Source: a virus
Lineage: Duplodnaviria; Caudoviricetes
DNA: 64,000 nt
Reading direction: 5' to 3' (one strand)
IMG/VR virus record: IMGVR_UViG_3300047539_000078
Coordinates: 64,001-128,000 of that record
The notes beneath the pieces are model-generated. The model saw nothing but the letters and a program-made list of their open reading frames with translations, ran no database searches and was not told the DNA's origin. Positions 57,411 through 64,000 of this stretch are shown piece after piece (position 1 is the first letter of the stretch; each line of letters opens with the position of its first letter). Made by a program: the position numbers and the translations under genes.

Positions 57411-58068
57411 AAAGCAGTACCAGGAGTTGTTCAACCTTACGACTTGCCGCGTGGTGTTCCAGGGTGGGTGGAAACCCCTGTCCCCGGAGGAAACCGGCAA
57501 TTGGGAAGCCCGGGAAAGACTCGCAAAGGAGATGAGAATGGTCGTAGCGCTTCCTAGCGCCGGTCGGTGTCCAAGAAAGCCGTTTGAGACCCACGGCTTC
57601 GCGGTGGGCTACGAGCGCAACGGCATCTATTCGGTTGAGTTTGTCCTATCCAACCTAGATAAGCTTGCGGACTTCTGCGGAGATGTGATACCATTGACAT
57701 CGCTCCGGTATCACACTTTCGCACTGCGTACCGATTGCGTGAATTGCGGCGTCAAGGGCGTCTACTTCGCCAAGGAGCGGTCAGCTCTGCTGGTGAAGAA
57801 CGCCGGGACCATCGGGGTGTGGCGTGCGATGTACAACGGTCGGGGGAACAGGCACAAGTGGCATCTGAACATGTACGCCATCAAGGATGGCCGCGAAGTG
57901 CTCATGACCAAGGATCACATCAAGCCGAAGTGCCATGGCGGACCGGATAAACTGGAAAACTTGCAAACGATGTGCGCACCGTGCAATTGCAGCAAGAAGG
58001 ATAATACGCTCGACCTGCGGTACAATTGGCGGCGGATGAGCTACATGCAACCAAGGGAGAATCAGTGA
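57391..58068 (+). CDS. HNH endonuclease
   Basis: CVNCG; DHIKPKCHGG.D...NLQTMCAPCN..K. Confidence 0.85.
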   Translation: MDRKALEKQYQELFNLTTCRVVFQGGWKPLSPEETGNWEARERLAKEMRMVVALPSAGRCPRKPFETHGFAVGYERNGIYSVEFVLSNLDKLADFCGDVIPLTSLRYHTFALRTDCVNCGVKGVYFAKERSALLVKNAGTIGVWRAMYNGRGNRHKWHLNMYAIKDGREVLMTKDHIKPKCHGGPDKLENLQTMCAPCNCSKKDNTLDLRYNWRRMSYMQPRENQ

Positions 58069-58391
58069 GCGAACCCACACAGAACGGCGGTGGTCCGCGA
58101 TGGGCCGACTGTTCTTTTTGCGGAGGGGAGATGTATGCCTACGGATCACACACCTGCAACCCTAACAAAGTGCGGTCGCTATCCCCTTCTCCCAAAAATG
58201 CAATCGACCCAGAAGAGGTAGTCGCCCAGGAACGGATGTACGACCTCCGGGGCAAGATGGATTCCCTGCGGGCTATCATCGATCTGGCGGACAAACACTA
58301 TGAGCAAACTATCGAAGAACGGCGGGCTCTGCTCTACAAGTTTCCTGGTTTGCGGTTCGGGACACGGGAGAAAGCCGCAACGACATTATGA
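58065..58391 (+). CDS. hypothetical protein with CxxC
   Basis: GGGAG RBS, GTG start. Confidence 0.45.
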   Translation: MSEPTQNGGGPRWADCSFCGGEMYAYGSHTCNPNKVRSLSPSPKNAIDPEEVVAQERMYDLRGKMDSLRAIIDLADKHYEQTIEERRALLYKFPGLRFGTREKAATTL

Positions 58392-58573
58392 TTGCTCTTC
58401 ACACCGCGCTGGACAAGGAATGGAACGCCGCCGTCCGGGCGTGCCAACAATTCCTCCTCGACAGTCCGACGTACCAGAAGCACAAACAACTTTGCTGGTG
58501 CGAGATGTGCGCCTACGTGCGGGGCAACGTCACCGAGATGAACAACATACTCAGGAAGGAAGAAAAATCATGA
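58388..58573 (+). CDS. small hypothetical protein
   Basis: ATGA overlaps at both ends; CWCEMC. Confidence 0.4.
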   Translation: MIALHTALDKEWNAAVRACQQFLLDSPTYQKHKQLCWCEMCAYVRGNVTEMNNILRKEEKS

Positions 58574-58944
58574 GAACATTTGTCTTCGGCAGCAACCTGG
58601 CTGGTCATCATGGAGCTGGAGCTGCCCGCGTAGCGCTGCTCAAGCACGGGGCTATCTATGGCGTGGGCATCGGTCCGTCCGGCAACAGCTACGCTATCCC
58701 GACGAAGGACGAGGTCATCGAATCCCTGCCGCTTGACCGCATCGCCGGGTATGTCAAGAGTTTCATGGAGTATGCCGCGTTGCACCCAGAGAAGGAATTC
58801 CAAGTGACGCAGATAGGCTGCGGGCTCGCGGGGTTCAAGGCGGAAGAGATTGCGCCGTTGTTCAAGGATTCCCCGGCGAACTGCTTCTTTGATGAGGCGT
58901 GGCTGCCGTGGTTCCCAGACGCTAGATTTTGGGGGACGTTTTGA
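58570..58944 (+). CDS. A1S_2505-family phage protein (macrodomain-like)
   Basis: FVFGSNLAG.HGAGAA..A...GA.YG.G.G..G.SYAIPT...F.VT.IGCGLAG. Confidence 0.8.
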   Translation: MRTFVFGSNLAGHHGAGAARVALLKHGAIYGVGIGPSGNSYAIPTKDEVIESLPLDRIAGYVKSFMEYAALHPEKEFQVTQIGCGLAGFKAEEIAPLFKDSPANCFFDEAWLPWFPDARFWGTF

Positions 58945-59133
58945 TACTTCTGGCGCAAATCCACGACGGCGGCAAGAAGCTCGGGCACGCCGTGTTCGAA
59001 GAGGGGCGGGTGCCGCTCAAGCCGTGGAACTTCGTGGAGTCAAACGTGCTGTGGTTCACAATCGCCAAGTTCTTGAATTTAGAGGATTTACCGGAGATAG
59101 CCAAAAGAGAAGGGGTTGGGGTATAATACGGAC

Positions 59134-59829
59134 ATGGCACACTGGGACGAAAACACGCCTTTGGATCGGGCTATCCCCTTTGCCGCCCGTGCGCACGCTG
59201 GACTGACCGATCGCACCGGCAAGGAAGGACAGATTTGCCACGTCCTCCGCGTTGAGAAGAACGCCCACAAGCTTACCACCGACGAGCGCGTATGGATCAT
59301 CGCGCTGTTGCACGACACCGTTGAAGATACGCCTGTGACGCTCGAAGATATTAAGAAAGAGTTTGGCGAGGAAATCATGGAAGGTGTCAAGTCCGTGACA
59401 CGCGGCTTCCGCGTTCGCGGCGAGGACCGCATGGTGTTCACGCCGCCGCCAGCCGAGCAGACCTGCGATTGCGAGCACACGCGCCGTTGCGCGAATCCAG
59501 CGCACCTATTCGAAAAAGAGAAGTATCGCCACTTCGTCCAGCGCTCCAAGCAGCATCCTCTCGGACGTATGGTCAAGATGGCGGACTTGCAGGACAATAT
59601 GGCGCGGATCAAGTCTTTGCCGGAAGACGAGTGGGGGATGCTGGAAACCCGGTACGAACCGGCGATGGCATTTCTGCTTGACAAGGACGCCACGGAGTTC
59701 TACACTCCTCGCCAGCTTGAACGGAAGTGCAAGTTCTGCCGCAAGCCTTTTAGCGAACATATCGGCCCTGACCGCGAATGTCCCGTGCTCGGGGATAGCG
59801 ATTATAAATTCAAAGGAGTAAAACAATGA
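59134..59829 (+). CDS. HD-domain hydrolase (RelA/SpoT-HD, Mesh1/small alarmone hydrolase-like) with Cys-rich inserts
   Basis: A..FA..AH, ALLHDTVEDT, VKMADLQDN; ATG 6 nt after TATAAT. Confidence 0.8.
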   Translation: MAHWDENTPLDRAIPFAARAHAGLTDRTGKEGQICHVLRVEKNAHKLTTDERVWIIALLHDTVEDTPVTLEDIKKEFGEEIMEGVKSVTRGFRVRGEDRMVFTPPPAEQTCDCEHTRRCANPAHLFEKEKYRHFVQRSKQHPLGRMVKMADLQDNMARIKSLPEDEWGMLETRYEPAMAFLLDKDATEFYTPRQLERKCKFCRKPFSEHIGPDRECPVLGDSDYKFKGVKQ

Positions 59830-60062
59830 GCCAAGACAGGCATTACACCGGGGAATGCGTCGTGGATGCAATATCAAGTTCCAATGTCGTCATCGGTTCC
59901 CTTAGGACGGCGGAGCCGGAGTTCGACCATGCCGTCGTCAGCAGGACGCAGGAAGGCCGAGTTGAGTTCTCGTGCAGTTCCGCCCCGACGAATGTCGCTT
60001 CGTTCTTCGACACTCTTCGCCGTTGCCCGTTTTGCAGGAAGCACAAACCACTCAAGGGGTAA
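59826..60062 (+). CDS. small hypothetical protein
   Basis: AAGGAG RBS; CPFC. Confidence 0.45.
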   Translation: MSQDRHYTGECVVDAISSSNVVIGSLRTAEPEFDHAVVSRTQEGRVEFSCSSAPTNVASFFDTLRRCPFCRKHKPLKG

Positions 60063-60066
60063 TGAC

Positions 60067-60573
60067 ATGAGAAAACTGCCGGACATGTCGGGGGAGGCGG
60101 AGGATTACTTCGCCGTCGTCAAGCGGATGCTGGCTGAATGCATCAAGCAGGGCGAGAAGGTGATTCCCCTGCACGCTATCCTCACGCTCAATCCGGAGGC
60201 CGCTGAGTCGTCCGGCCAATCCCAGTGTATGGTCGTCCCCCAGTGGGAACAGGGCAACGAGAAGGAAAAAGCCGCCTGTCTCCAGAAATTTGCCGACCTA
60301 TGCACGAGAGATGCGGATTGCGTCATCTTGGCTGGGTGCGGGACAAGCTACCAGCCGAGACTCGGGACCGCTCCGTCGCTCTTCCTGTTCGTCACGATCT
60401 ACCTTCCCGGTTACGAGTCGTGGACTACCGGCGTGACCTATGCCGTGTTCGACCAAGACATAGTTTACGGGGATGCATACAACTCCACCGACCATATACT
60501 TGAACCCTTCGCGTTGCCCAATATGTGGCCGTACATAGACGACTCTAAAACTGAGAGCGGCTATGTCAACTAA
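60067..60573 (+). CDS. hypothetical protein
   Basis: AAGGGG RBS; ORF in gene train. Confidence 0.5.
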   Translation: MRKLPDMSGEAEDYFAVVKRMLAECIKQGEKVIPLHAILTLNPEAAESSGQSQCMVVPQWEQGNEKEKAACLQKFADLCTRDADCVILAGCGTSYQPRLGTAPSLFLFVTIYLPGYESWTTGVTYAVFDQDIVYGDAYNSTDHILEPFALPNMWPYIDDSKTESGYVN

Positions 60574-61114
60574 GCGCATGGTCCTGACGGCCATGTGGAT
60601 GGACCTCGTAGGTTCGCTGAGCGAGAGCGTGGAGGAGCAGATCGAGCGGGAGCGCGAATTTTTTGAGGAGGAGTTGGGCGTCAAGTTGGATGTCCATACT
60701 CCCCAGAATGTTCATCAGATTCAGGTAGGGACGGAGTTGGTCCTGTTTGATTGGGGCGGTGCGCATTTCAGCGGCAAGGATCATTCCCGCGACCTGCTCC
60801 GCTGGGCAGAGGACAACCCGAGTTCATTGGTCGTCGTTATTTCTGATTTCACTTACGACCGCGCATTCCGCATAGCGATTGCGGAAGCGCTTTCCGAGGC
60901 CGGGGAAGCCGATGTCGCAGTCTCAGCATCTTGGTCCAAGTCGGCGGGGGATCGTTACAAGACCCCGATCCACAATGTGGTAGTCGAGCATGCCCTTGAA
61001 AACTTCATCCCTGCATGGTTCCGCAAGTCCGTCGGGGCGGATTCATGGACAGGCTCGTTGGAGTCTATTTGCGCAGTCATCCCGGTGAGACAGCCGAAAA
61101 GGAAGCGAAAATGA
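60563..61114 (+). CDS. hypothetical protein, possibly receiver (REC)-fold
   Basis: ELVLFDWGG..DLLRW..NP..LVVVIS resembles the REC beta3-beta4 pattern. Confidence 0.4.
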   Translation: MSTKRMVLTAMWMDLVGSLSESVEEQIEREREFFEEELGVKLDVHTPQNVHQIQVGTELVLFDWGGAHFSGKDHSRDLLRWAEDNPSSLVVVISDFTYDRAFRIAIAEALSEAGEADVAVSASWSKSAGDRYKTPIHNVVVEHALENFIPAWFRKSVGADSWTGSLESICAVIPVRQPKRKRK

Positions 61115-61156
61115 AAGTCAAATGCGCTTGGAAAGTCACCCTACAGGAGGCATCCA

Positions 61157-61441
61157 ATGTTCGAACAGGACGATAACCAGAAGCAGGCACCACAATTCAA
61201 CACGGTCGGCACCCCGTGCACCGTTCCCGGTTGCACGTCCGGCAAGCCCGCTCTTCGCACCGTGGGCAAGGAATCGTTCTGCCAGGTGCACACACCGGAA
61301 GCTTTCGAGTCCGCCGCGCACCACGACCGTAACCGTACCATCGAGCAATATGCCGTTGTGGGCGACTTCGAGCCGGAAATCGAGGAAGTGGATGATACGT
61401 TCGACTTCAAGATTGATGTTGAACGCGAAGAGGAATCGTAG
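61157..61441 (+). CDS. small zinc-binding hypothetical protein
   Basis: AGGAGG RBS; C..GC...C..H. Confidence 0.55.
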   Translation: MFEQDDNQKQAPQFNTVGTPCTVPGCTSGKPALRTVGKESFCQVHTPEAFESAAHHDRNRTIEQYAVVGDFEPEIEEVDDTFDFKIDVEREEES

Positions 61442-61453
61442 TAGACTGCCTAT

Positions 61454-61714
61454 ATGGGTTTCTTGACGGTCTTGCATTGGATGTCCGCTAACTATGGACT
61501 CACCTTGATTCTGGGCGGGGTGTTTATGGTCTTGACAACGGTGTTCCCAACTTGGGGAGAGCCCGAGAAGCGATCATGGTCCTTGTGGATGCTGATGGCC
61601 GTCTTGTGGTTATTTGTTTCATGGAGCACATTCTGGCGCACATTCCCGCCGGGGGTTCCTGCGCCGCCGCACCCGACATACTATCTCTCGACCCATTTGG
61701 ATATAAAGCCATGA
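61454..61714 (+). CDS. small membrane protein
   Basis: Two TM segments. Confidence 0.45.
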   Translation: MGFLTVLHWMSANYGLTLILGGVFMVLTTVFPTWGEPEKRSWSLWMLMAVLWLFVSWSTFWRTFPPGVPAPPHPTYYLSTHLDIKP

Positions 61715-62052
61715 AATCAGAGAACAAAACCAAAATCTTCGTGCAAAGAACTGAGGACATTCCTCGGTGCGGGCATTGGGTCATCCTCGACAATAAATCG
61801 ATTTATATCCCCGGCGATGAGCGGTCACGCTCAGCTCCGGGACATGGCTATCCTGAGAGCACGGAGCGCTATGTCTCCTATGTAGCCTACTTGGATCGGG
61901 AGGAATTTGAAGAGGATTTGAAGCGGTGCTCAGAGGATTCCGAGTTCACTGGGCGAGGCATCTACGTCGCGGGATCGTACGCGATTCAGCGCACGGTGGG
62001 GCTCATACCCCCGGATGATAGCCGGTTCAATACCACGGGCGGTTTCCGATGA
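61711..62052 (+). CDS. hypothetical protein
   Basis: IPGDERSR..PGHGYP motif. Confidence 0.6.
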   Translation: MKSENKTKIFVQRTEDIPRCGHWVILDNKSIYIPGDERSRSAPGHGYPESTERYVSYVAYLDREEFEEDLKRCSEDSEFTGRGIYVAGSYAIQRTVGLIPPDDSRFNTTGGFR

Positions 62053-62071
62053 AACAAGGTACTATACACAA

Positions 62072-62572
62072 ATGAGCGACCTAATACCAGCCATCAAGTA
62101 CGAAATGAAGAATCCGAAATGGGATTTGCGGTTCCTGAAACTAGCAAAGGAAGTGGCTTCCTGGTCGCGTGATCCGAGCACGCAGACCGGTGCCGTGATC
62201 GTCCGTCCGAACCGTTCCGTAGTGTCCGTGGGATTCAACGGCTTTCCTCAGAACATGCCCGACCTTCCCGAGCTTTATGCGAATCGGGAGGAGAAGTATT
62301 CCCGGATCGTGCATTGCGAAATGAACGCCTTCATATTCGCATACGGGGATGTTCAGGGCTGCACGCTCTACACTTGGCCGTTCGCGTCGTGTGACCGGTG
62401 CGCCGTCCACATGCTTCAGGCGGGAATCAAACGATTCGTATTCCCGACCCTTCCGCCGGACAAAGTGGAACGGTGGGGGGAACCGTTAGCACGCACCAAG
62501 AAGTATTTCAACGAATGCAAGGTGGAATACGAGGAAATCCTGGAACAGTTCCCACCACGGGAGACTGAATGA
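62072..62572 (+). CDS. dCMP deaminase
   Basis: S.DPST..GA.I, GFNGFP, HCE.NA, CDRC. Confidence 0.92.
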   Translation: MSDLIPAIKYEMKNPKWDLRFLKLAKEVASWSRDPSTQTGAVIVRPNRSVVSVGFNGFPQNMPDLPELYANREEKYSRIVHCEMNAFIFAYGDVQGCTLYTWPFASCDRCAVHMLQAGIKRFVFPTLPPDKVERWGEPLARTKKYFNECKVEYEEILEQFPPRETE

Positions 62573-62778
62573 CGGAGCCTAAATACCACTCGTTTTTCAA
62601 TCCCCGTCCGACCAAGAGTCACGTCCTGCGTTCCAAGGTGTTCAGAATCCTGCGGGATTACCAGGAGGGCAAAATCAAGGGGAACGGCACCGTGGTCGGG
62701 ATGCTGGACATGCCGCTCACGGCGGTCTACGACAAGATCAACGATGCGATAGACGAGTTCCAGAAGCCACGGTCATAA
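62569..62778 (+). CDS. hypothetical protein
   Basis: ATGA overlap. Confidence 0.45.
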   Translation: MTEPKYHSFFNPRPTKSHVLRSKVFRILRDYQEGKIKGNGTVVGMLDMPLTAVYDKINDAIDEFQKPRS

Positions 62779-62780
62779 CC

Positions 62781-62981
62781 ATGGATAAGCCCACATGGAC
62801 TGAAGAAACAATGAACATCATCAACAAGCTGACGCCGGACATCAAGGGCAAGGCATTCGACCCGGATTGGTTCCTGCTGCGCCAAAGATTCGAAGAATTC
62901 GAGGGAGAACGAACCCACCTTTTGTACGTGATCGATGAGATGCGCCAAGGGCGGTCTGGCTGCCGCAGGGACAAGTCATGA
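62781..62981 (+). CDS. hypothetical protein
   Basis: ORF in gene train; ATGA overlap with def. Confidence 0.45.
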   Translation: MDKPTWTEETMNIINKLTPDIKGKAFDPDWFLLRQRFEEFEGERTHLLYVIDEMRQGRSGCRRDKS

Positions 62982-63508
62982 TTCTGCCGATTATACTGTG
63001 GGACGACCCCGTCCTCAAGATCGTCGCCGATGAGGTGCCTTCTACTGAGTTCGGCCCGGACATTGAACGCATCGGCATGGACATGATCGAAACGGTCAAG
63101 GCGTCCGCCAACGGCGTCGGTCTCTCCGGACCCCAAGTCGGAATATCGAAGCGCATTTTCGTTATGGCGCAGTCCTCACTGACTAAAAAAGACGATTGGT
63201 CTTATCTCATACTGGTCAACCCCGTCATCGCGCTTTCGTCGCCTTCCTGGCATGGCGGCAGCACCGCCTACGGCCTAGAAGGGTGCCTTTCGTTCCCCGG
63301 CCTTTACGAGCAGGTCGAGCGGTCGAATAATGTGACAATGACCTATCAGAAGCCGGACGGCGAATTCGTACATATCAATATGGCTGGATGGGACGCACGC
63401 ATCGTCCAGCACGAGGTCGACCATTTGGATGGGATCATGTTCTTCGACCGAATCAGCCGCCAGATGCGGAAGAGACTAATGCAGATGTGGGAAAAGAAGA
63501 AACGATAA
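62978..63508 (+). CDS. def: peptide deformylase
   Basis: GVGLSGPQVG, EGCLSFP, QHEVDHLDG. Confidence 0.95.
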   Translation: MILPIILWDDPVLKIVADEVPSTEFGPDIERIGMDMIETVKASANGVGLSGPQVGISKRIFVMAQSSLTKKDDWSYLILVNPVIALSSPSWHGGSTAYGLEGCLSFPGLYEQVERSNNVTMTYQKPDGEFVHINMAGWDARIVQHEVDHLDGIMFFDRISRQMRKRLMQMWEKKKR

Positions 63509-63565
63509 AGTCTAGCCATTTCATCCCCGCCCGTGGTATAATAGAGGCATGACGGAGGTAATTCA

Positions 63566-63871
63566 ATGAGCGTGAACGCCATCGCTGAATACGAGGTCAA
63601 GTGCCGATACGCGGAGACTGGTATCGGCTGCTTCCGGGGGCATCTGTACCAGCTTGGTCCCGCGAACCCTGAAGACCCCAACCGTCCTTCCCACGGGGAA
63701 GCGATCATGGTCCTTGTGGAGGGCGAATACGTGAAGTGTCCCTGCTGTAACGGCACCGGACTTATCCTAACGCCCGCTGGAACACAACTCGTGGAGGTGC
63801 TTTGGCGGCACATCGAACCTAAGGTCGTGGACTTGATTCATCAGTTCGGTCCCGGCGATAAGAACGCATAA
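63566..63871 (+). CDS. hypothetical zinc-binding protein
   Basis: GGAGG RBS; CPCCNGTG. Confidence 0.55.
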   Translation: MSVNAIAEYEVKCRYAETGIGCFRGHLYQLGPANPEDPNRPSHGEAIMVLVEGEYVKCPCCNGTGLILTPAGTQLVEVLWRHIEPKVVDLIHQFGPGDKNA

Positions 63872-64000
63872 TGGTGGTGGTAATCATTTGCGGGGCTCTG
63901 GTGCTAATCGCACTGCTGGCACATTGGCTCACGTCCGGAAAATAGGAGACGCATGACCTGCCCGATCATCTATGAGTTCAGTAAGAAGACGCCGCACTTC

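Noticed and set aside
1-64000. Alternative genetic code (stop-codon reassignment, as in some huge phages)
   Set aside because: TAA, TAG and TGA all end clearly complete genes (tonB TAA, sbcD TAG, recA TGA), and gene breaks are frame changes rather than in-frame stops.
1-64000. CRISPR array, tRNA or rRNA genes
   Set aside because: No regularly spaced direct repeats, and no cloverleaf with a T-loop found by eye; a tRNAscan/ARAGORN run would be needed to exclude atypical tRNAs.
1-64000. Bacterial chromosome or integrated prophage
   Set aside because: No housekeeping operons, integrase or att site; the dense small hypothetical genes, divergent RecA/RuvC/SbcCD and fibre genes fit a large lytic-type phage.

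Overview
This 64-kb window is part of a large, GC-rich dsDNA phage (jumbo/huge-phage-like) genome read with the standard code; no rRNA, tRNA, CRISPR array or integrase was seen. A TonB gene and a secreted Gly/Arg-rich protein of types I recognise from Acidobacteriota point to that host. Layout: (1) 1-13.9 kb (+): recombination/repair block with an SSB-like protein, DEDDh exonuclease, RuvC-like, RecA/UvsX-like, an N-terminal-half SbcC, SbcD, plus TonB and a phosphoesterase; (2) 14-22.9 kb (+): Thr/Ser/Gly/Val-rich virion fibre/lectin-like genes carrying a recurring G-S-P-[AP] motif; (3) RtcB and small genes; (4) 26.3-41.2 kb (-): what reconstructs across apparent indel frameshifts as ONE gene of about 14.9 kb (about 4,950 aa), a polyvalent effector protein of about 25 modules (InPase, about 10 ADP-ribosyltransferase-like domains, 2H phosphoesterase, NUDIX, 2 zincin peptidases, 2 GNATs, 4 copies of an unnamed domain, PcfJ-like). 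Its modules are nearly always joined by a K-x-A-[A/S] linker, which suggests a protease-processed, virion-packaged polyprotein; (5) 41-64 kb: GIY-YIG and HNH endonucleases, SNF2 helicase, an extended NusG paralog, nucleotide-metabolism genes, HD hydrolase, peptide deformylase and many small ORFs. Two promoter classes are visible: RG-TATHAT boxes 5-6 nt before start codons (leaderless-type) and a GAYTTY-N6-CWTWR motif in front of virion-type genes. Many genes contain single-base frameshifts, most likely long-read assembly errors, so gene boundaries are provisional. All family calls come from motif recognition by eye, not database searches.
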